DNA of 64,000 nucleotides from Paraspadella gotoi. Lineage: Eukaryota; Animalia; Chaetognatha. The number at the start of each line of letters is the position of its first letter. The stretch's first letter is position 1. Location of the stretch: positions 8,119,225-8,183,224 of the forward strand of contig CM119269.1 in the NCBI GenBank assembly GCA_051294375.1, given 5' to 3'. Below, piece after piece: positions 36,101 through 61,764 of this stretch. Below the pieces are notes generated by a model, which worked only from the letters and a program-made list of their open reading frames with translations, was not told where the DNA came from and searched no databases. The translations under genes and the position numbers were made by a program.

Positions 36101-37209
36101 AATAAGTTCAAACTTTTATTTTTTTCTTTTACTTTCTTTTTTTTTTTGGTTTCATTCCCGCTCCGTCTACCAGTGACAGCGTTAACAGCTTTAAACTATT
36201 TAGAACTATCAATTCTGTGGTATTTATAAGTCTAAGTGAAAATATTCAAGTCGAAGAAACATTTAAGACTTTGAAATATCGTTTTTGAAACAGGGACATT
36301 TTTCAATAAGTGGCATCTTGCAATAAGCGACACTGTGGCGGTATATTCACACCGCCTCACGTCCACCATCCGTCAGCCAAATACATTGGCTCAGAGGGGG
36401 AACACACCATCCCAGGCGTAGTGTTCCAACCACAGTCCTAGCGACTTCCCTCTGCGTTGGCAAAGCGAGACCGTCCTAGGGTAACCGCGCCAGTGACTGG
36501 AGGCGTCACTGAGGGTCGGAAGCCCCCAAAGCCAACAGTGAGATGCCCCATCCCAATGGGCATCACAGGCAACCCGGCTGTTGCCATAAAAAAAATGGAC
36601 ATTTCGCTAGAGTTTTAAAATGACTTGCTCGACATCAAAATACTACTGTTCCCTTTCTCCCCAACTAGATACAACTTCAACAAGGTCTCCGGCACCAGCA
36701 CCTTCGGACAACCCTACGACTATTGTTCCATCATGCACTACGGTGCCACCGCGTTCGGCGGACGAAGCTTCACCATCGTTCCCAAGGATTTCGACTACAT
36801 CGGCACCATCGGGATGAGCAATCAGGGAGGCGGGCTCACCAAGACCGATGCCGACATTGTCAACAAGATGTATTCGGTAAGGAGAAGGAGGAGGAGGAGG
36901 AGGAGGGGGTAGAGGAGAGGAAAGAGAAGGGAAGGATGATGAATGAATGATGAATGATTAACATGAGGACAAATGTGTTCCGTTGAATGAAAGAAAAAAT
37001 AAAGAAACAAGATTCAAAAAAAGCCAGACAGAAGAAAAAAAAGAAAGAGAAAGCATGAAGAAAAAAAAACAAACAAACAAAAGACTGCAAGTTTTCTTTC
37101 TTCCACACAGTGCGGTATGTCCGCCGCCTACACCTCCTGCCCGCGCAAGCCCTGCACCACCAAGTGGTCCTCCTCCACCTGCAGCAGCCTTCAAAGGATG
37201 GTGGGCTAA
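33124..37209 (+). CDS. Astacin-family (M12A) zinc metalloprotease, secreted, with a short Cys-rich C-terminal tail (8 exons)
   Basis: Exons 33124-33174 (signal peptide MARFMLIFVAAVFVAVA), 33410-~33557, 34902-35046, 35418-35498, 35604-35674, 35837-36026, 36669-36876 and 37111-37209. Motifs: RWPKNIIPY, TCIRF, GCYSSVG, zinc site HELGHTIGLHHEQCRPDRD and Met-turn SIMHYG. Confidence 0.93.
33527..34765 (+). repeat. 41-bp GC-rich minisatellite (~27 conserved copies plus a few degenerate ones) spanning the astacin exon 2/intron 2 junction
   Basis: Unit ACCAAGCAGGGCGCCGCCTTGGCCGCTG|GTGAGATGGGGGG. Clean copies start at 34527, 34568 and 34609 (period 41). There are no unique spacers. Confidence 0.95.
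36334..36588 (-). mobile_element. Dispersed ~260-bp non-autonomous element, copy 2 (inverted)
   Basis: Reverse-complement match to 23785-24047, lying in an astacin intron. Confidence 0.8.
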
Positions 37210-37823
37210 ACCGAACCTTTCCCTCTTTTTGAGCCGAGCATTGTTAACTTTTAAATGTTCAATTAAACGTACTATCATTTATTTTATTTCATTATTGAAT
37301 TTACTTGGTATCGAGGCAGAATTTTTGGACAAGCAGGCAATGCAATGCCATCTGGCAATGCGTCAGAATTTAGACGATCGGCGATGGAGATTTATTATAT
37401 ATAATTTAACATATACTAAAATTCTGAATTAACTTTTCAAGGACATTACAATCTTTCGAGATAAAATCACGAGTCAGATTTTAGCGATAAGACAAAAATC
37501 ACTCGAAAATAAGGAGCGATTCAGATTTGAATCTAAGTCGCGAGCCGAGACCGGTTTTGAATATATGACTTGAATATAAGTTTATTCAAAGTTTTAATCC
37601 AAGTTGAATCTTCGATGGATGAGAGTCATCGTCAGACGAACTCCCGACAAACGCCTGGCGAAGGCGACGAGTTTTCGATATCTAATTTTTTTCGTTTCTC
37701 TATCGGATCAGACAATTTGCCGATAAAACAAAAACATTTTTAAAAAAGCGACAAACGAAGTGAACGTCTCTCCAACTGAGAAAAAGAAAATAAAAAAACG
37801 ACTCAGCTGTTTTAAAACCACAA

Positions 37824-37860
<37 letters not shown>

Positions 37861-37877
37861 CTCTTCTCTCTCTCTCA

Positions 37878-40800
37878 ATGGCGCGGTTTTGGGAAAAGCA
37901 AAAGGACAGGTTCCGTCGTCTGTCCAGCGTCGTCGGTCGACGCATCAGCGAAGTGAGTCGAATCGGTGAACATCACACGTCTAAGAGGACGTTGCAACGC
38001 ATCAGGGACGCCATTGGGTGAGGAGGCTAAGGAATGGTATTGAGTACAATGAATAAGGAAATTGGATATCCATAGAAATGGATCGCGCATCTAGGGAAGG
38101 CGAGCCGTGGCAATTTTGGGAATAGAAAAAATTTGGAATGTTAAAGTGAGAAAAAAAAGTCATTGGTTACGATTAAACAATGAGAATTGGGAAAAATAAC
38201 TATTCACCAATAAAATCGCTCACAAAAGTTGAAAGTTAGAAAATTAGCTAAGCTTGTGAAGAACATTACTAATAAAACTATAAAAATGTTTTTTCAAAGA
38301 CTCATACAACTAACGCTGATGTTAACGACTCTGCTGGCCACTTTCATAACGATAGGTAAGAGCAATAATATAATATTTCCAGAATACAACATTAACATCC
38401 CTCTCCTCATTACATTATTAAATATGAAATAAATCTAATAATTATTAATTGTAATATTTATATAAAATATGTTAAAAATTTTTATATTCATTCTAAAATT
38501 AAGTATAATTTAGTTATTATATAGTAAAACAAGTTATTTTTGAATTTTTCATAATATAACATACTTTATACTAGCTGTAGTGATAGTATGGTAGCTGTGG
38601 CATAGATATGATTTGATAATGGTATTCGTAATGGTTACCTACTGTGTTACCTAATGTGTTTACTTACTGCGCGTCGTCTTTCTTAGCGACGCCGGGTAAT
38701 TCCAAACGACGCCACTTCTCCCCGAGCGGCGCCACCCGCCCCGTTTTTAATCGCTTTACGAGCAAAAAACTTGTCAGAGGCAGAGAAAGAATTGCGCTCT
38801 ACATTTGGACGCGTGTGAACGAGAAACTCTTTTGTAGAGGGAGTGGAGAGGAAGACGACGACGATGATGATAACGATGATGATGATGACAATGACTACGA
38901 CGACAACGACAACGATGATGATGACGACGACGAAGAGAACGACGTCGGATCACATTTTCTATGACGAAAGGGAAAGCAACGATGACAATGATTATGTTCA
39001 CAAAAATAGTTTGACAATTAACCCACAGACAACAACTCTTACATCATTGTATCTTCCTTACTACCAATCCAAGGGAGTCGATCTCAGAAAGGGATAAATT
39101 ATACCACATTCGCATTCACGCCGACCGAATTCACGAATCACAAGTGACTTAGTTCTGCAGGAATGACGCGTCCCGGAGTCTTCGCCCAGCGGTTGACGCC
39201 CGTCCATTGCACCACCGTCAACGCGTCCGTCCGCGGAGGCGCCGAAAACCTTTTTCCCACGGACGACAAAATTGACAGGGTGCGTCGCTTAATAAGGCGT
39301 AGTAAAATTTCTAAATTTAACTTTAATTAAAATTCTAAAAGTGAGAAACGAACAACATTATACTAATGAACATTTATGTAATAAAAAAATTTATAATACA
39401 TTTTACAATTTACGCAGTAGGCCATATTTATACTAGTACTAATCTATTAAATGTTAAAATTTCAAAACAGTTTTTTCTAAGATTTTTTTGCAGATTTGGA
39501 TTCGTCATAAAAAGTTGATAAAAAGAAATATAACTCTTTTTGAAAAATCCCTTCATTAAGTGGGTCAAAAATTAGAAAAAGCTATATTTTAAGCTGAAAA
39601 TGAACTTTTTATATATTAAATATATTTTTTTAAATTTTTAACCCACTTAATGAAAGAATTTTTAAAAATGATTTATATTTTCTTTTATCAACTTTTGACG
39701 AGGAATTCAAATCTGCAATCAAAATTAAGAAAAGCCTATTTTGAAATTTTTCGATTTTATAAATATAGCCTCCTGCAAAAATTGAAAAACATAAAATTAA
39801 TTTTTTTAACAAATTAATGTTTACTAATGGTATGTTGTTCATAATTTATATTTAGAATTTTCGTATTTAACATTCACTACGCCTTATTGCTTAATTGTTA
39901 ACATTGTTTTTTAACACTTAAGGAGAATTAAAACATTAAAACAGACAACGTCATGAAGATAAGATATATTATGAATTTTCCTAAAAGCGCATTTAATTTC
40001 TTATATTACGTGGTATGTGTTAAGTTTAGTTATACTCTGCAAGGTAACTATTTTTTCTTTGTTCACCACGGGGTCAGGTTTGTTCAAATGTCTCACCCAC
40101 GAAACGGGTCGGTCGTCTCATTTTCTTCAATTAACTGCCTCATTGCTCAAAAATGCCCACAGGCGCCGCGTGTCACTTGTCCATGCGGTCTAAACTGCGT
40201 TTCCCTCATCCCTTGTCTTCGTCTCTTCGTTTCTGTCGCCGAAGCTGAAATGGAAAACGTGACCAGTGATCTTTACGTCTTGGGCGGCGGCGGCGGCGGC
40301 GGCGGCGACGGCGGCGGCAAAGCTTGGAACTCTGTCCGTGCATCGACCATGCTTTCCCGTTCCGAATGGTGACGAAATAAGCTCTTGTCCAGGATATTTC
40401 TTTAACTTTAATTTGTATTAGTTTTTCCTACATTTTGTAGGGCTTCGAGGAGCGAAAGAGAAGCTCCTCTTATCCGCTCCTCGAGGACTTTGAAGAGCGA
40501 CAATTGGGAATCGGACTTGGTGGCGTTGCTCCGCTACGACGAGGCCTCGCTCGCGTTGGAGCCGGTGACTGATGGAAGGGTTTTTCTAGTGCATTTATTC
40601 ATTCATTCATTCATTCATTCATTCATTCATTCATTCATTCATTCATTCATTCATTCATTCATTCATTCATTCATTCATAAAAACATTCATTCTTTTTTTC
40701 CTAATTCTTTGACAATCTTTCTCCCCCACCTACCCCCTCCAAGTGCTCCTACCTCAACTGCACCCGGGACGTCGCCGTCAACGTCGCGATGCTGAAGCAA

Positions 40801-42583
40801 TTCCGCGACGCCCACTCTGTGAACTCGACCTTCGAGTGCCTCGTCGACTCCACCAAGATGTCGCTCGCCGACGTCAACGCCACCGACGGGAAATTCGACG
40901 AGGACGACATCCACAAGTCGGTTTGAAAGCCGATGAGGGCCCCCATACGGCTCTCTATTCCGAAAGCGTCCCATTTCCGGTCCTTTATCCCAGAATTTCA
41001 TTTTAATTTTAATATTTAACCTTATTATGGTCTTAAACCTAAACCTAATCTCTAACCCTAATCTTTAACTCTAACCTAATCCAAAACCCTAACTCTAAAC
41101 CTTTATCCCTAATTACTAACCCAAACGTCTAACCTTAAACTCTAATCCTTAACCTAAATACCTAACCCAAATTACAAACCAAGTCCCTAACCCTAATCAT
41201 TAACCTAATCCCTAATCTTAATCACTGATCTAATCTTTAACCCTATCACTGACCTAATCTAATCCCTAACCATAATCACTGACCTAATCCTTAATCTAAT
41301 CCTTAACCCTAATCACTGACCTAAACCCTAATCTAATACCTAACCCTAATCACTGACCTAATCCCTAATCTAATCCCTAACCGTAATCTCTAACCTAATT
41401 TTTGACTAAAAAAAATAATTTAATTCAGAATTTAAGAATAATGGGGCGTTCTTGGAAAATAAGGCCGCACAGGATGACGTCGCTGACATTTTCCTTTAGC
41501 CAGTGACTTATTTCAGGAACAACGATGCTGAAAATGCCGATGGTGACAAAGACATACAATGACAAAATCTAACCTTTGACATTGCTTGTTGCTGTTATTA
41601 TCGACATTGACGATGTTGATGCTGACTATATGAATGCTTTAGCACGCGTTACTACAAGGCTGACACTGACTTAAAGCCGATGGCCGTGGTATTCCTCCCA
41701 CGCGGGATTCCTGTGGAGATCGTCCGATCCTCAGATCCGTTTTTGGTTCTCGAAGGACTGAAGGTGCTTCGATGTTAGCATGAATCGCAGCTTGTTAAGG
41801 TTCCAAAGCATTAAACTAGAGACCTGCGCAAGTCTCAGCCTCATTAATTATTCTCAGAATGAATCTCGTTTTGATTTCATCCATGAGTTTTTATATCAAA
41901 TGTGGTGGCAGCGGTGAGATTCGAGCCCACGCCTAAGATGAGGCTAAAATATATAAATATATATTAAAATTTCCCCTTTTTTTTTTCCCGCTCAGAGTTC
42001 GAGTGCTCTTGCGACGTCACTACACAGATAGAGATCTTTACTTTTCCGTCATCATCTCTTGGGGCTGCGTCCTTTTCTTGCTGTTCGGTTGGTTGTTCTT
42101 GGGTAAGTTAATAACAGTTGTGGTAATTGCAAGTCTTACTTTGGAGCAAGATTTCTCTATCAGAGCCGAGATACTACACGAAATTTATTTCTAAGAAATC
42201 ACGTCTAGCGAACTAATTTGTTTTTTTGTTTTTACTAATTAAAGTCTATGTAATTCGATTCTTCCAGGATTTGTAAAACAGATTAGAGCTTTCTTTTTTT
42301 TTATTTTTTTTTTATCCTGGACGAGGCGAAGGTTATTCGTTATTCGCTCGCACTTTTTGCCCTTTATAAATTGTCTCTCTTTCATCCAGTACGAGACGTC
42401 TTTTATCTAATCTCTCCCACAGAGTGCAAGTACAAAACCCATCGCCGCGTGGGCGTCTTTATCGTGCCTCACGATGGAGACGCGCCAAAGTCTCCGCCGC
42501 CGTCCCCTCCAGGACGAGGCACCAATCGAGTCTCCAGAGTCTCAATCGTCTCCGGCCCGGTCGAGGACGGCGTTGCTAAGTAA
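37878..42583 (+). CDS. KCNMB: Calcium-activated potassium (BK/Slo) channel beta-subunit-like (KCNMB/tipE family) two-TM protein (8 exons)
   Basis: Exons 37878-38017, 38300-38355, 39161-39279, 40163-40368, 40441-40564, 40744-40916, 41996-42102 and 42423-42583 have consistent phases. TM1 (LIQLTLMLTTLLATFITIG) is followed by an extracellular loop with KCNMB-type Cys motifs (PVHCTTV, TCPCGLNC...PCLRLFV, ALLRYDE...PCSYLNC, FECLVD, VLLRRHY) and then TM2 (LYFSVIISWGCVLFLLFGWLFL). Family assigned by motif recall; orthology not established. Confidence 0.75.
39290..39889. mobile_element. ~600-bp imperfect palindrome (foldback/MITE-like element)
   Basis: The arms pair throughout: AATAAGGCGTAGT/ACTACGCCTTATT at the ends, TGCAGATTTG/CAAATCTGCA, AAAAGTTGATAAAA/TTTTATCAACTTTT and TTCATTAAGTGGGT/ACCCACTTAATGAA. 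The centre is near 39600. Confidence 0.8.
40950..41468. mobile_element. Repeat element with an internal degenerate telomere-like (CCTAAC/CCTAAT) array
   Basis: (CCCTAA)-like array at 41035-41400, ending GGAAAATAAGGCCG. An inverted related copy starts CGGCCTTATTTTCC at 24968 with a TTAGGG-like array at 25040-25175. A similar tract is at 585-640. Confidence 0.6.
41903..41933 (-). other. 3' fragment of mature tRNA-Leu including CCA (PBS-like or retrocopy)
   Basis: The reverse complement reads GGCGTGGGCTCGAATCTCACCGCTGCCA-CCA, matching the T-arm and acceptor end of eukaryotic tRNA-Leu plus CCA. Confidence 0.55.
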
Positions 42584-42836
42584 CCCAGGGGCGGGGGTCG
42601 TTTGTTGTTACTTTCTGACCTGTTGCATTTGTTTTTGTTTATTGACGATAAAATTAACGAGGATGTTCCTTTATTTTTTTTCCCCTCACTTTAAATAGCG
42701 AGTCTATTACATCCGGGGAGATAAACATGGAAGATGAGGGAATTAAGTGAGGGAAGGAAATGAAAAATGAAAAATATGGCGTCGCGTATATATGAGCCTG
42801 AGGGCCGATGTGACTCTTGCTTGAGAAGGAAGTGCG

Positions 42837-43064
42837 NNNNNNNNNNNNNNNNNNNNNNNNNNNNNNNNNNNNNNNNNNNNNNNNNNNNNNNNNNNNNNNN
42901 NNNNNNNNNNNNNNNNNNNNNNNNNNNNNNNNNNNNNNNNNNNNNNNNNNNNNNNNNNNNNNNNNNNNNNNNNNNNNNNNNNNNNNNNNNNNNNNNNNNN
43001 NNNNNNNNNNNNNNNNNNNNNNNNNNNNNNNNNNNNNNNNNNNNNNNNNNNNNNNNNNNNNNNN
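42837..43064. other. Assembly gap (N run); further gaps at 652-676 and 47239-47263
   Basis: Runs of n. Confidence 1.
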
Positions 43065-43295
43065 ATACTGTATCTCGCTCTCCTTGTTTTCTTTCTCATG
43101 CATTGCTTGCACATTTTTGGGTTCAAGGACCTTTGGGCGGAATAGAAGACAGAGAACGAGAGACTCTGGGATAAAATGAAGAATTTAGAGACAGGAGAGA
43201 GAGATGGGAGAGAGACGGGACGGCGATAGAGACAGAGATGGAGACAGAGAATCAGATATTGGGACAGAGACGGGGTAGAGATGGAGATAGTAATA

Positions 43296-43392
<97 letters not shown>

Positions 43393-43984
43393 CCAGACAG
43401 AGAACCGAACAAAAAAGGAATATTGTAAACAGATGATGAAAAATAGTGAGAAGGTGCAGTAAAGTAAAGTAAGAAGAGATGAAAAAGAGAGACGCTTCAA
43501 ACTTGTGTTATGGAAAAGAGGAGGAAGAGGAATTCGCGGTTGAGAATGAATTCAAAATATTATTCCTCTTTTCCTCACCTCCTTACCCTCCTTACCCTTT
43601 TCAGGGGTCGCGTTTCACCGCGGACGAGTCTCGGCGAAATGCAATATCGAATGACCTGCAGCGTGGGTAAGTCTCGCGGTCGAGATGCCAGACAGATCCG
43701 GGGAGGATGTGTCAGTGATGTAGTAGTATTTAAAGGATTCAGTCTCTCCCTCTCAATGTTAATAAAAAAAATTAACATGGAAATTATTTCAAGTTATATT
43801 CCAAATTCTGAAATATGAAAGCGAAACAACATGTACAATTTTTGTACATCAAATACATTGATCAGGGTCGAACGGAGAATCCGTCTGCACCTACGAACCT
43901 CGGGTCAAGAGGTCAACCGATCGCCGCCCGTCAATCTGGGAAATCTTTCACGACGTCCCGCAAATCAAGATTGAGAAATTTTAA
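43065..43984 (+). CDS. Small orphan secreted peptide precursor candidate (start codon lies in the N gap)
   Basis: Exons <43065-43120, 43605-43666 and 43866-43984 splice in phase to ...ILYLALLVFFLMHCLHIFGGRVSPRTSLGEMQYRMTCSVGSNGESVCTYEPRVKRSTDRRPSIWEIFHDVPQIKIEKF*. AATAAA at ~44132. The first donor (GTTCAA) is weak. Confidence 0.55.
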
Positions 43985-45609
43985 GCACTCTTCTGTTATA
44001 GTATCTTTGTGCTGTGATATTGGTCATGTGGGTCATTTTTCGTTGTTAAGCTCGATTTTTCGAGTTTTCCATTGTTGAATACAATGCAATTCATTTTAAT
44101 GATTTCGTAATGTAAACGAAATGTTATTCGTAATAAAATGTTTGATCCGAGTCGAATTGGACAAAAAATTTAATGTTTAATTTTTTTTTTTCATTTCATT
44201 TTTAAATTTACAGTCAAAGTCAAGTCAAAGTTTGATTTATTTCCGTCTAACTAAAGGTTAACGATTTATATCTAATAGTCTAAAGTTCTCGCTAAGATCA
44301 TCGCATTGAATGACAGAAACATCTACGGTTCGTCACTCGTTAAAAAGTTCGTAACTGAATTCTTTTAATTCGTTGCCTACAGTTTTGACACCGTGGACCG
44401 CTCTTTACTATTCTAACTCTTGTATTGTGTAAAAAGACTTTTCGATTGTTGGTTGACATTCTCGACGAAAAGAAAGAAAAACTTTGCGACTCATAAAAAT
44501 TCGATGAATATATTTTATGTGGCGAAAGAACACGTCAAACGATATAACAGTGCGAAATACATGGTGACTCCGAAGATAGAAGATTCTCTGCGGAACACCC
44601 TGTAAATACGTCATCCCTCCATGCGGTTTTCATCTCAGCAACGACGATAAATCTTCGCTCGTCGTCGTCCAACGCCGACGGAGCAAGCAATTTCATGGTA
44701 AGCAGATTGTCGTCATCTTAGCCGTAATTTTAAGTCGAGAAAGGAAACCGATGATACAGCTTAACTCGGTTTTAAATACACAAATATACGTTTCGAAATT
44801 GGACGCGTGATGGCGTTGATAGGATTAAAGGTGACGTTTTGCGTGACTTTGACGTGACGTAGTGACGCTTTGACGTAACGACCTTTTCAAGTAACTCGAA
44901 AAGGCGCGCCATCTATTTTCTTCTTTAACTTTTGAAAAGACGAATTTTTCAGTCTTCGATACCTGCCTTATCTTTGTAATGTTACTCGCCAACTGCACTC
45001 AACTTGATACAGACTCTCAGGTAGGCATTGAAACTCCCATTCTCTCAGTCCACGTCGCCGCAACAAAACCACATTTTTCTCACATTCTTCGCATTCTCCT
45101 TCAATTTCACCGCAACTTCACATTTTTCTCCTCCTACTCAACTTTCACTAATCTACATTTAAAATATTGCAAATTGTATCCCGGTCACCCCTCTTACCAA
45201 CGCAACTGCAGCCGCAACTCGATAGAGTGATCGGGCGAGGGGTTGGGTGAGTGGGCGGGTGAATTGGGGGGAAAGAAAAGAAACAACAAAGAACAATTTG
45301 TTTTCTCTGTTTCTCTTTTCGCTTCGAAGGCGAAGAAGGAAAACAGTTAAACGGTGGAACCGGGAGAGAAAAAAGGACACTAATTGAATATGGGGCTACA
45401 TCCTAAGTCCCTCGAGGGACGACCCCTCGAGACAAAGAAAGAAAGAAAGAAAGAAAGAGAGAAAGAAAGAAAGAAAGAAAGAAAGAGAGTAAGAAAGAAA
45501 GAGAGTAGGAGAGAGATAACGAGCAAAAAGTGGAGAGTTAAAAACCATTGGGATTTAGTTAACACAAAAGGTCAGGAGGATGGGACAACGACTCTTCCCC
45601 TTCAAAAAG

Positions 45610-45652
<43 letters not shown>

Positions 45653-46049
45653 ACATTCGTCCAGAAAAACTCCCCAAAATTTATCCCGATTCGGTTGGAG
45701 ATAATGAGCCAAAAGGGGACGAGGGAGATATTCCAATTGAGATGAGGGATTAAAGGAGGAAGAGAAGGGAATATGGCGTCGAGGGAGGAAAAAGGGGGCA
45801 AAGCGAGGAGATAAGGTAGGACTTGTGAGAGTGTGAAAGAATGGAAGGATATGGGAGTGAAACTGAAGAAGTAAGTCAGTGAAGAGAATAAAGGAAACAC
45901 ACGGACATTCTGGAATCGTTGTGGGCGTAAAAGTAAAACGCCAGTAATTGATTGCACCGTGCACACAATGGAATTGGGTCACCCTTTGCCATCTCAGCCT
46001 CGGTTTCGACTTGGAACAGGCCACGCCCCCTCGTTTTAACCACCCGCAA

Positions 46050-46332
46050 TCCACTTCCGTTGTCGCAGCCGCCGCTCGCCCTTTCGCGTGGCGCTTAATC
46101 CCGCCGCCGCCGTCGCCGCCGCCGCCGCCGCAGCCGCCGCCGCCGATCGCCCCGTTTTCCTTCCCGCCGCCACCACCGCCAAGCGCCGACTATCGCGGCG
46201 GTCCCCGCCGACGCCCGTTTTGCCGCTTCTCTGCCTCGTTTCTATACTTCCGCTCCTGTCTCGCTCCAGCGGCTCCCGCTGTCTCTCTCTCTCTCTATCT
46301 CTCGGCCACCATAGCTCCTCTCCTTTGCTCCT
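46050..46332 (+). promoter_or_regulatory. GC/CpG-rich promoter and probable non-coding first exon of the ATRR-like gene
   Basis: A (CCG)n-rich island with an ETS-like CACTTCCG at ~46052 ends in the donor CT|GTAAGT at 46333, about 800 nt upstream of the ATG. Confidence 0.4.
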
Positions 46333-47132
46333 GTAAGTGCGTGGTTTTGGTTTTGGCATCGCTCCTCTTGTTACTCGGCTGCTTCTCCTCCAGCTCCTTG
46401 AATGACGTCTATTTTCTTTTTTTAATTCCTTTTTTAAAAATTTCTTTCTCCACGAGGAAAACAGAATTTCGAATGAAATAGGAAATTTGTTTTCTTCGAT
46501 AAATTTTGTTTTGGATTCGGTAACAAAGTAAAAAAAACAAACCAAGTGCTGTAACTCGACGACGACAACGCGGTGTGAAAATTTATTAACTGAATTAGTT
46601 TCTTTGAATAATTTTTTTTTTAAATTTAATTATATTTCAAGATTAATTTTTCTCAATTAAGCCGATTCAATTTTATTTCTTCACCTGTAATTTTGCCATC
46701 GCTTTTCGACTTTTATAAATTCGACTTTGATTTCCACTTTATCTCCCTCTATAAGATCTGGAAAAGAATCTTCCTTTGACGATTTTGAAGATATTTGGGT
46801 CGCAAACTAATAAACTAACTTTATAATCGAATTTGCGCTATTGATAATTAACTTCCTACTACAAAAAAACAAAAAAACAAAAAAACAAAAAAATCCAACG
46901 ATTGGAATACAAATTATTTTTAAAAAAAATATTTTAACAACAATTAAAGACAATTTCAGGTGAATCGAACATTTAATGAAAATGTTGCTCTATAAAATAT
47001 TCAATCAAACGCTCTCACAAGTTTCACAACATTAGCGTCCGCCGGACCGCCCGACAAAAAAATTTCACACTCTTCCACATTTTGACCCGCGACCGCCAGG
47101 CGTTCCACCCATTTTTCGGGAGTCACCGAAAG

Positions 47133-61764
<14,632 letters not shown>

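Noticed and set aside
38687-38772. Exon-like segment in KCNMB-like intron 2
   Set aside because: It is not needed: 38355 splices in frame to 39161 and restores family-like spacing. It could be a minor cassette exon, but nothing supports that.
41035-41400. Telomere or interstitial telomeric array
   Set aside because: Degenerate, intronic and bounded by termini shared with another copy at 24968, so it is part of a dispersed element.
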